From contig NW_027117340.1 in NCBI RefSeq assembly GCF_038025025.1, forward strand, positions 1,860,001 to 1,924,000: DNA of 64,000 bases, written 5' to 3'. This document shows, in pieces, positions 26,506-37,552 of the stretch (positions are counted from its first letter, which is position 1; each line of letters opens with the position of its first letter). The notes under the pieces were generated by a model. The model was not told the origin of the DNA. It saw only the letters and a program-made list of their open reading frames with translations, and did not search any database. The DNA comes from Phyllosticta citribraziliensis (lineage: Eukaryota). Position numbers and translations under genes: made by a program.

Positions 26506-27294
26506 ATGTCGTCCCTGTCGCGTCGCGCGTGCTACAAGTGTGGCAACGTTGGTCACTATGCCGGTAAGGCCGAAGCCTTGGATGCGCGCAATGTCGGCCG
26601 CTGACTTGTTTCAAGAGGTTTGCTCTTCGTCTGAAAGACTGTGCTACAACTGTAAGTCAATTCAACCGAGGCCAAGAGACACAATGCTAACAACCCCCAG
26701 GCAAGCAACCTGGTATGTCCGGACGCAATTATAGATCCGCTCAATCTAATGGTTCCAGGCCACGAGTCCAACACCTGCCCCCACCCGCGCACCACCGAGG
26801 GAAAGCAGTGCTACCACTGCCAGGGCCTTGGCCATGTCCAGGCTGACTGCCCAACTCTGCGCCTGAGCGGCGCCGGCACCAGCGGCCGCTGCTACTCTTG
26901 CGGACAGCCCGGTCACCTTGCTCGCGCGTGCCCTAACCCCGCTGGAATGCGTCCCGGTATCCCTCGCGGCGGATTTGGTGGATTCCGCGGCGGCTTCGGC
27001 GGCGGTCGTCCTGCGACTTGCTACAAGTGCGGCGGCCCCAACCACTTTGCGCGCGACTGCCAGGCGCAGGCCATGAAGTGCTACGCCTGTGGCAAGCTCG
27101 GCCACATCTCGCGCGACTGCACTGCTCCCAATGGCGGTCCTCTTAGCACCGCCGGCAAGACCTGCTACCGCTGCGGTCAAGCCGGCCACATCTCTCGCGA
27201 ATGCCCTGCGGCCGAGATCAATGGCGATGATGGTCTCGCTGCTCCTCAGCAGGCTCCGGTCCAGCCCCCTGCACCCACGACTGCTGTCGCCTAG
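26506..27294 (+). CDS. GIS2: CNBP/Gis2/Byr3-like CCHC zinc-knuckle RNA-binding protein, 4 coding exons
   Basis: Seven C-x2-C-x4-H-x4-C knuckles and an RGG box. Introns 26564-26615, 26652-26700 and 26713-26758, with a 12-nt exon at 26701-26712. Probable 5' UTR introns at 26085-26216 and 26245-26484. Confidence 0.92.
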
Positions 27295-28070
27295 GCAGTG
27301 ACTGAACACGGCCAGTGGGTGGTCTTTGGGCACGGCAACCACCTAGGCTACTAGTCCTGCCCGCGTCGTTTACATACCTGTCGTTACTTCGCTTCTATAC
27401 CACCCAGTTGTTTCCTTGTTTCCCATTTTCCCCAGTCGCTTCCAGGTTGCCACTCTTCCTTCTGTTGGCACCGGCATCGTAACGATGACAACGACCCCCA
27501 CACCACCAAAAAAAAGTAATTTGACGAGATCCCGATACCCATGATTTGCATCCCCACGACACCTCATACCCGAGCGATTGGTGCTCCAGGACTACAGCTT
27601 CATATCTCTTTTTTCCGGTTCGACAATCCGATTGGCAACGGCTCAGGATGTTGGAAAAAGAAGAATGCAGAGACGTTGGCAGTTCTGGGGAAACCCCGGA
27701 AGGCGGAGGCTGGAAGCGAGTGAAAGTACGAGGGTGAGGGCGAGAGGGACTTTGAGTTGCAGGGAGAGAAGCGGTTATGTTGTCGGTAGTCTAGGCAGGA
27801 CGTTTGGCAGACTCAGAACCTTTGGCTGCGATTGCTTGGGCACGCCGTTTTGAAATATGCTGCCGCAGTGGTTGATGATTTGGTGAGGAGTTGGTAGGGA
27901 CGATTTTGTGACGTGGTGCTGTGGATGGGGGGGGCAGAGGTAAGGCCCCGAAGATTGGCGAGCGAGGCACACCCTCTGCCCGCTTCTTCACCACCAACAC
28001 CAATCAAGATTCCGCCACAACGACGCTTATACTCCATCCCGTTTCAATTGTTCTCGTCACAGCTGTCGCC

Positions 28071-29498
28071 ATGCCTGGTTCTGTTGCTTCCGACGAGTCT
28101 GGAGATGTGAGCCTCCTGCTCCCAAAAAAGCTCACGCTTTACTGATCTGCGGCCAGGACGTGTTCATCGTCGACATTGATCAAATCCAAGCCCATGGTAT
28201 GACGCTTCAAGATGCCGCTCATCCAAGCCGTAAAGCTGACGCCAAGCTCAGGAATCAGTGCGGTCGACATTACCAAGCTCAAGACCAACGGCTATTACAC
28301 AGTAGCGGTACGCGTCTTCGGCCGGCTTTCTGTGTAGTCGATTCTAACCTCTGCAGTCCGTCCACTCTGCCACACGACGCAATCTGCTCAAGATCAAAGG
28401 CTTCAGCGAGATCAAAGTCGACAAGGTCAAGGACGCCATTGCAAAATGCCAGGTGCGCTTCTCACGTTCACCTCTGGGTCCACGCAGTACCGGTGTTGCC
28501 ATCTCCCTTGACACCCACTGTGCGAGCCTTTGTCCTGCATGTCGTGCTAACCCGACCGCAGCCCAATGGCATCGGATTCATGACAGCAGCAGAGCTTGGC
28601 CAGTTTCGCAAGCGCGTCGTCACTATCTCGACTGGAAGCAAGCAATTCGACACCATGCTTGGAGGGTTGGTTACACTCTGGCAGATGCATGAGACACTAG
28701 CTAACTTGCTGCAGAGGCTTCCAGAGCATGTCTCTCTGTGAGGTGTACGGCGAATTCCGATGCGGCAAGACGCAGCTGTCGCACACCATGTCTGTCATTG
28801 CGCAGCTGCCCAAGGAGATGGGCGGTGCGGATGGCAAAGTGGCGTACATCGGTTGGTTCCACCACCTTCGACAGCAACTCTCCTTCTAAAGAACATGCTT
28901 GTAGACACCGAAGGAACGTTCCGCCCCGAGCGCATCGCGCAAATCGCAGAGCGCTTCGGCGTCGATCCAGACCAAACGCTCGACAACATCATCTACGCGC
29001 GAGCAGTCAACAGCGAACACCAGCACGAGCTGCTCAACCGGCTTTCCGAGTCGTTTGCGACCAACGAGTACCGGTTGCTCATTGTCGACAGCATCATGGC
29101 GCTGTTCCGCGTCGACTACACTGGACGCGGCGAGCTCAACGAGCGGCAGCAAAAGCTCAATCAGTTTCTGACGAAGCTAACACAGATTGCGCACGAGTTC
29201 AATGTCGTCGTGCTCATGACCAACCAGGTCCAAAGCGACCCCGGCGCCAGCGCCATGTTTGCCGGCGCCGACGGCAGGAAGCCTGTAGGCGGACACATTC
29301 TGGCGCACGCCTCTTCGACGAGGATCCTGCTCAGAAAGGGCCGCGGCGACGAGCGTGTGGCCAAGATTCAAGACTCGCCTGGTATGTCGATGGTCTCTTT
29401 GATGGTTGCATTGCTGACTGATGGGTGTAGACCGTCCCGAGGGAGAGGCCACCTACATTATTACCAACGGCGGCATCAACGATCCTGAAAAGGCGTGA
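28071..29498 (+). CDS. DMC1: Meiotic recombinase Dmc1, 8 exons
   Basis: [12 protein letters not shown], Walker [74 protein letters not shown]. Seven GT-AG introns keep the frame; TGA at 29496-29498. Confidence 0.93.
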
Positions 29499-29797
29499 TA
29501 TGCCTACCATTTACGACACAACTGACCACTTTGTTTCGCACCTCCGATTTTCCGAGCTGTCCCACGCAATTTCTTTCGATCGATTGCTAAACGGTTGCTA
29601 CATGTTGACATTTGTCTTTGTTTACGAGGCGTAGAGTATGGGCACATACCGCATTATACCATTTGCTTTTACATTTGCGTTGCTGGAATCATGGAAGACG
29701 GCGTCATGGAGGGAAGGCGCTGCTACCCGCAGAGAACTTGAGGGCTGATGAAGGACTGGGCGAATATTGCAGTAATCCAATCACTACACTCTACGCT

Positions 29798-29882
29798 TGA
29801 ATGCTCCCCGTCAGTCGCAGTCATAGCGTATGAATGCTCCTCGTCAGTTGCAGTCATAGCGTATGAATGCTCCCCATTAGTT
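29798..29882. repeat. 33-bp tandem repeat, about 2.5 copies
   Basis: TGAATGCTCCCCGTCAGTCGCAGTCATAGCGTA / TGAATGCTCCTCGTCAGTTGCAGTCATAGCGTA / TGAATGCTCCCCATTAGTT. Confidence 0.9.
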
Positions 29883-30173
29883 ACCAACTATCTTGAGTAA
29901 ACTTCTCTTGTTGTGTGTGCCACGACTTTGGTAACCAAGCCTCGGACCAAGACACCCCCTGCGGCCACGACTTATCGGCTTTTGACGTGTGTACCCCTAC
30001 CCCTGTGCTCGAGCCTTGCCTGCGGACCGGTACCATGCGCGGGAGTCCAGGATAGCTGCTTAGGTTACCTTACCGCTTTCCGCGCGCCGGGGGGCGGGCA
30101 GGAAGCGTTCACCACGCGTGCAGGGGGGCTGCAGGGAGCAGCCGAGTGCAGGCGGCAGCTTGCAGCTTGCGTC

Positions 30174-31946
30174 ATGGCAACCACAGGTCTTTCGTCAGAC
30201 CCACGACAACGCCGACCACAAAACGACAGCGGCGGCCCGGCTGTCAACAACAAAAGCGCCGCCTGCACCATGATCTACGACGCCGACGCGGCCGCTGCCT
30301 CGCTCCAGCTGCAATCCGAACACGCAATACAGCTCCTACGCACCCATCGGCGGCGCCCCCTCTTGCACCACCTGCGCGCTGGCCCGTCATGGCTGCTACA
30401 GCTGCCGCGCCCTGTCGCCGCGACCAGGCGAGGCGCCCGTGGATTCTACAACGTCTTGATCGACCCCAAATTTGAAAGGCGGACAGATGGCAAGGAGGAG
30501 GATCTCGAGGCACGGTCGTGGGTCGCGAGGACCACGGGCAGAGCCAAGAGCGTGAGAAGTGTCGAGGAAGTTCACGAGCTGATTGGGGAAGTCGAACGGC
30601 TTGCTGGCAGGGGGAGACGAGGGACAGGAGTAGCAGCAGCAGCAGCAGCAGACAAGACAGAGACGGCTATCGATGTCGTTGTCATATCTGCGCGAGGGAA
30701 GCTATCCGTGGCCGAGAGCGAAGCTCTGCTCCAAATCGACTCCGACGTCCCCGTTTTCGCGCTCGAGGTTAGCCACCCTCTCTGACCTCCATAATCACAT
30801 ATAGCACTGTTGCCACATGATAGCTGATTACTTGTGCGCCAGGAAGCCATCCCAAGCATCGCCGCCCTCGAGCACTTCCGCCTCGTCTCCCCCATCCCGC
30901 CCTTCTCGCGCAATGACCCAGACTGGCGCGCCGCGTCGCTACCCCCGCTGCCCGAATGGCTCGCCGTGTCTAGGCTTGAATGCTCTCGAGGAGGAACAGC
31001 CACAACCTCTCCTACGATGAATGAATCGCCGTCGAAATCATCAGCGCTTCTCTTCGCCTTCGCGGTGCCCAACCCGCCGGACCAAGCTTCCTCACGCGCG
31101 CGCGAGCCCTGTGCACAAGCACGAGGCCGCAATTCTGCACGTGCGCTGCTGCACAACGGGTGGGCGCCGGCAGCACCGGCGGGACCCACGTCCGAGGGCG
31201 CTGAATGCATTATATTCGGTGCGCGGAGAGCGAAGGGCGCAAAAGTCCAAGGGAATGGAGGGACTTCAGCATCTGGGATGAGTCCACAAGACGGCGGTGA
31301 AAAAGATGCAGACGAAGATGGCGACTCGTTGCTGTCTCCCGATGCCATCAGAGCCGTTGCGTACGCTTGTCCAAGCGTAGACGTGCTGGCCGTCATGATG
31401 CCAGGCGTAGCGGTGGATGAGCAGCGGGAGAAGCATTCTTGCGATTCCAACCGCATCCATGCGCGAGCGCAAAAACTGCTGCGCGCGAGATACTGGATCG
31501 ACGTTGGCGAAGAGGGCGAGTCCAACACGTGTGGAGCGGCCGCCCACCGTCGCGGCACCAGTGACGGCGATAGCTGGGTCAGAGTGGCGAATAGTGATGC
31601 AAGCCAGAGTGCTGGTGGACCGGGAGCTCGGTGGTATACGCCGTGGCGCTGGCCTGGCGCGGGAGTGAGATGGTTGTTGAACGGCGAACGTGGTAATGGT
31701 GGAGAGGCAAGGGGCAAGAAGAGGGGACTTGACGAGAGTGACGAGGAGGAAGAAGAGTACGACGAGGACGGCGAACACGATGAAGGCAGCGGGCAGACAG
31801 ACCATGCGGAGAATGGCATCATTGGGCATGAAGATGAAAGAGAAGGAGTTGAGAACGAGGACGAGGACAACGGTGAAGCAATGGATCCGTGGAGAGACGT
31901 CCAGCGCTGCCGTCTCGGCGGTGGAGAGAGCAGAGTCTTGCTCTAA
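30174..31946 (+). CDS. Hypothetical protein resembling a degenerate fungal metallo-beta-lactamase-fold family member; acidic C-terminus; 2 exons
   Basis: Intron 30768-30842 joins ORFs 29913..30785 and 30834..31946. Motifs RPLLHHL..SWLLQLPRP, YNVLIDP, IDVVVIS, PLPEWLAVSRL and AQKLLRARYWI. The start codon is uncertain (30174 or 30270). Confidence 0.65.
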
Positions 31947-33510
31947 CTCTCTCAGTCTGTCCCCATAGTTGGATTACTTTCTACCTCCGATTTCTCATTG
32001 GCACTGCCCCTTCCTACACCACCTACTCTTCCTCCTTCTCTTGGTTTCATTTTCCGAGGTCCTTTATTTCTCTATCCAGGCGTTGTTGGCATGCGGCTGC
32101 TGGACTGGCGACGGGGTACAGGCGTAATTGGGCATGGGCAATGGCAAGTAATTAGCATGGCGACCATTGAGGCGCAGCAATTCAAACTCAAGCAGCATTG
32201 TATGACTTTCATACCCTAGGACACACGGGGTGATTGAACAAAATGAATGGAGTCTCCTGGCACTACAGCAGGGCCTTGGGAGCTGGCACTCATCGCCACG
32301 GCTACACTCAATGAGCTGTCCTTCACACGCTGCAACGGATGTATCTACGGGACTTCAATGACGTTTGACGCTCTCTGTGGCACCATCGTTGTAGTCTAAC
32401 AACGAGGGCAATGCTAATTCCAAAACACATTGTCATCTTTCCAGCCGGCAACTCTCAGCAGAACATGGGTGTCTGCAGGGATACCAGCATCGGCCTTGCC
32501 GAACTGACCACGAGACTGGAGACGCGAACGGGGAAGGGCGTGGATGGGAGTTTTCGAACAGACCAATGGACGGGGGGGCTTTAGTAATTTTTTGACATGC
32601 TGAGTCGACTTTGGGGAAACTGGCGAGGGATGTCCTTGTAGGCTACGCCGACCTCTTGTTTTCTCGTCGTCTGTTCGGGAGATGTTTGTACAGTACAGGT
32701 AACGGAGAATAAGAAATGCGAGTCCTTGGGGCTGAGCCTCGACACGCATGCACGCACGGGAGAATCTGCTGAGCTTGCATTGCTTTTCTCGTCTTTGGGG
32801 TGGCAGTGGTGGTGTTGCGAGGCTCGTGCTCGGTAGGCCACCCATCTCGGCCAATGAATGCAATGGTTTACATGTTTCCTTTTTGGGATGTTCTGTTCTT
32901 AGCATGCGGGATTCTTGTCGTCATTGTTGCGTCTGTCACATTTGCGGAGGAAACGGCGCGTCAAGAGACGGCCAGCGCAGCAATTGAGCTGCCCGGGCGC
33001 GGCGTAAGGACAGGCGAAACGGCAAAAGGGTCATGGGAAAAAGATAGCATGGGGGTGTTTGATTGGCGCAGGCCAGACGGGAAGCTCCCGGTCTGCGCCT
33101 CGTGGTGGCATACAAGGCTGGAAGCAGTGAGCCACCTGGAAGCTCGGCAGGCAGCCGTACGGCGAAGATTGTGGGCCTCTGCCCGTTTGTCGCGGCTCCG
33201 CGTGGAGAAGGCCACGTCGAGGGCTGTCAGTGGTGTCGACAGCCGACCGGTCAATGTGAGAGCGCTTACGCTGTTGATGATGGAGGTGGGAGAGATGTAG
33301 GCGTACGGCAAACGTCGAGGGGAGATGGCTCAGTTGAGGTAACGGAGAGGGAGAGTGTACAGAGAGTGGAAGGTGACCCGGTGGAGCGGTTTGACTTGGG
33401 CGGCTAACGGGCCTATCACGCGTCGCTCGACGTGAGGGGCATCGACTACTTCTCTGAGCCTTGCTGCTCTGCTGCTCTGGACGTGTAACAGTTTACAACA
33501 ATTATTTACC

Positions 33511-35739
33511 ATGGCCGCCGCTGCCCATCTGATGCCCCAGTCGCAGTCCGTCGTCTCTCACTTCTCGCCATACACCGACTCGCCATCCTCGCCCGCTCCC
33601 TTCAGCCCCGCCTTCTCCCACTCCACCAGGTACCGTACCAGCACTCGAAGCTCTACTCTTGCTAGCGGCCTTTTAAATTTTTGAATAGATCTTCCGGCCC
33701 TCAGGATTCGCTGCACCCTCTGCGCTCGCCATATCTGGTGGAACCTTCTCCCGTCGACAGCAACGGCACCAGCACCACGGATATCGACGACGATGCCCAG
33801 CTCGACGTGGCCGACCAAGGCCTGAGCGAAGCCGACGAAATGGACGACAAACCTTCCCAGCTGCCGCAAATCGACACGTCTGCGCGCCCGCGCTCCAACT
33901 CGGACGAGGCGCCCCAGTCCGTCATTCATGCGCCGCCTGGATTCCAGCAGTTTGAAAAGTCGCCCGCCGACATGCAATCGCCAGCCGACACCGAGAACTC
34001 GGCCAACACGGTTGTGTCGCCAGCCTCGCCAGCCTCGCCAGATGAGACGGCCACAGACGCAGGCAGCAATGCTGACGCCCAGCCCGAATCGATGCCTGCA
34101 ATCGACACCTCGGTGCCACCAAAGCCAGACCGCCCCACGCCGCGCGCGCAGACGAGGCAGGAGGCCGACGACGAGCTGAAGCACCGGCCGCGCAGTCGCG
34201 CGAGCACCAATCTCGAAGGTATGTAGTTTTGCGACACCAATCACAGGCCCCAGCTCACACGCGACAGACATTTCCGAGGATTTTGAGTCGCGCAGGGAGA
34301 GCATCGACACGGCCGCTACCAGCGAGGCTGACGCTTCTGATCTTGGCCAATCGCAAACCATGGACCAGGCCCTCAAGCATTTAAATAACGCTGAAAAGGA
34401 TACCAAGGCCCTCAAGACGGCGCTTAGCGAGTGCTGGACTCTCTGCAATACTCTCGCAGGCCTCAGCTCGTCGCATCGCGAGAGAATGTTTAATTTTTCT
34501 GGCCAAGGTGAGCAGGGCGAGATGGCTTGGAAGAGCTGCTGGCGCCTGTGCCAGAAACTGTACGAAACGCGCGAAGACCATGCCAGCGAAGTCAAGCCGA
34601 CACTGGAGCTGTGTCGCGAGTTCTGCCAGGCACTTTTTGATGCGCGGAGCCGGAGCGACGAGGCTTCTGATTCCGTCTTGCGCGTCAGCTTCGAGCTGAA
34701 CAACCACCTGTACAACACGGCGGATCGCAACCTGCCCGAGGCCTTTCGGGAACGGACTCTCGACTTTTACATCACCCTATGCCACAGGCTGATGAAGCAA
34801 AGGACGTCCCTGCCCGAGGAGACGGATTCGCTCCTTCGCGCTTGTTGGTCTCTGGCAGAGATGCTCTTTAGCCTGCGCCAAAATAAGCGCGAAGGGAAAC
34901 CGGCCGACGAAGAATTGCTGGGATCTGCAGTCCAGGCCTGCTGGGAGCTCTGCGACCTCTTTCGCGAAGGGTGGACTCAGATACGCCCAGATCGTGGAAC
35001 TCCGCGCCCCAGTCAGTCGGCATTTACGGCAATAACCTCGACCACGTATATGCAAACGCCGCATCCAGGACGCGGACAATCCATCGCCCCACCTTCCGAG
35101 CGCTCTCTCGATGCTGCAACCACCAGCTACCACTCGGCCAAGTCTATGCCCCCTGAGACGCCCACCACCATCTTTGACGAGACGACCGAAGAGCTCTCAC
35201 CTGAGGAGGAACCGCACGTGCCAAACATTCTAGTGTTGGGCCCGGAGAACAACATTACCCGTACACACGACCGGTGGTCCTCGTCTGCCTCGATTCTCTC
35301 TACTTACTCTGATTCGGCGCGGACCTCTTCGACCGCACGCAACTCGAACCCAGCGACCAGCTCGGCCGAAGATCCGCACCTCCTACGACTGCAGACTCTT
35401 ATCCTCGCCGCAGCCATGACGACCGGCTACACGCGCTCCCTCGGCCTGACGCTCCCGCAGTTCGTCAAGACGCTGCCATCCACCTCGTTCGGCCCCGCAT
35501 CCTGGCAGGTCGCACTGCTCTCCAGCTACAAGAAGCTGGTGCTCGCAGACCCGACGCTTCGCGTACCCGGATCGCAGTTACCGAGCTTGCGCTTGGGGGC
35601 GCCAGAGGTGGGGCGCGCCGTGCAGTGGATGGCGCGGGCAGAGCAGTTTGGCTGGCTGCGCGATCTGTATCGTCTGGTTTTTGGATGCGCGGTCGAGGAG
35701 GGGGTTGTGAATGGCGGAGGAACTGCCATTCAAACATAA
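33511..35739 (+). CDS. Conserved-looking hypothetical protein (Ser/Pro-rich N-terminus, helical Cys/Trp-repeat core), 3 exons
   Basis: ATG at 33511; introns 33630-33689 and 34219-34267. Core has repeated ECWTLC / SCWRLC / ACWSLA / ACWELC helices. Confidence 0.8.
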
Positions 35740-37552
35740 GGTTGACCGTGTATTGCATGAACACAGCCTATCTTCGCTGCGTCGTGGTCCTGTCTCACTG
35801 GTTTGCAGGCACTCCCATCTTGTTCCCACAATGGGTGTTGAGAGAAACCTGGCCTAGCTGCAGTTGTGGACGAAAACTCCCTGGACGCAAGTGTGGCAGT
35901 AGACGACTGCTCTCTAGCCTCGTACACAGCCGCTGAACAAATGCCCCCTGGATGCACCAGCACTCCCTGGAGTTATCGATTCATCTGGCGCTCCCTGATT
36001 CTGTTGACGGATCAAGACCTCGGGACCAAGGGACGTTCCAGCGACCATGAAAGTCTCAGGAGACCGCCACGGCATGATTTGCTCTGATTCCCTCCTCGCA
36101 TCTCGAGCATCTGAAGCGCATAGCCTTTCAAAGGCTCTTCCTATCTTTCCTCCGATGGCTCTGGCCAAGTCGGCGCTCGAAAAAGACGGACCTGACGTGG
36201 GATCCGGACATCAAAAACCAAGTCAGCATGTGATGGGTTGAAAGCGCGCCGCACCCTACAGGAAAAAAGGAAGTTCACCCGACGCCTTGCCTTGCCTTGC
36301 TCCATCCCACCCCCTCTTTGCTTTGAGAGGTGGACTTGGTGGAATCAGCACAACGATGTCCGAGGCATCATCGTAAAAAACACTCGCAGCAGACTTGCCA
36401 ACGACTTGGTAGCCTGTCTGTCCCAGTGAAGGCAGCATGTCTGCGATCTGGCGCCCCCTTCACTTTCTCCCACCCCATCAAAAAGGCGCGCCAAAAATAC
36501 CCCTTGAAACGAAATCTCCCTTTGTTCTCTTCGCCTCATCCCCGTTTTATGTACCGCTCGTATAGATACCCCCAATCCTCTTTTCCTACATAGTTTAGCA
36601 GTCAAGTTTGGCATGTGGTGGTTGTTGGGGAATGATGGCACAGCGTGAAGAAGAGCCACATTATGGAGACTGGGAGAGGATAATGTTTACTTGGTTGGGT
36701 TTGCCATGTATGAATGATTCCAAGGTCGTCAAGAATTGTAATTCTGCCTCTGTGGCAGCAAGCCCACGGTGAAATTCGCTCAAGCCAGCTCGCATTCGCA
36801 AAGTCGTGTCCGAAGTGTAAGTGAGCGTGGAGTCGACAAAACATGCGAGGAAGCCATTGCCGACGGGGTTTGACGCATGAGACGGACCGCTAATGGGCTC
36901 AACGCTCACTACTGGCGCACACCACGGGTCCAGATAAGGCTATATTGCCAAAAAGACATCTGGCGCGTCTCGTATTCGCGACAGCTCGGGTTGGCAGGCG
37001 TAGGTGCGGCGAGAAGGAGCGACGACGGGGTGCGTAGCGCCGGCTTCGTTGAGAAAACACCTGAACGGCCAGATTGATGGCGGCGTGAAAGAATTGTGGA
37101 CAGGTTTGTCGAGATGAGGTGATGATTTAGTTGGCGCGGGGACGCGTTGTGCACGGAGCACTGCCACGACGGTCCCCTCCAGGATATGACGTCTGCCAAC
37201 TTTCCACCTGGCTGTCCGTCGCCGCGCCCAAGCAAATCCGTCGCAGTCCAGTGCATCCTGTTTCTCAGTCTCAGCACTCCGCCCTCTCCAGACGCACACA
37301 TACAGGCTGAACTGCAAGGCTGCGCAACACATGCCGAGTGCTGGATTCTGGTTTGTCGACGGCAAACACCCACCAGCCGCTTGCACCGCCACGTACCTCA
37401 CCAACCCATGCGAGCAAGCTTGCGCCTCTCCATGTACCTCTAGCAGAGTGCGCTCGAGTCAGCAATCAAGTCCCTTCCTACTTCTCCCTCTAAGCTTCTG
37501 CTGTTCCCGAACTCCATGAACCTAATCTGATCTCCTCTTTCCCGCCTCTGCC

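Noticed and set aside
29798..29882. Repeat considered as CRISPR-like
   Set aside because: The inter-motif sequences are near-identical rather than unique spacers, there are no cas genes, and the context is eukaryotic.
30572..34730. Long minus-strand ORFs 30572..31870 and 33558..34730
   Set aside because: Antisense shadows of better-supported + strand genes in GC-rich sequence.
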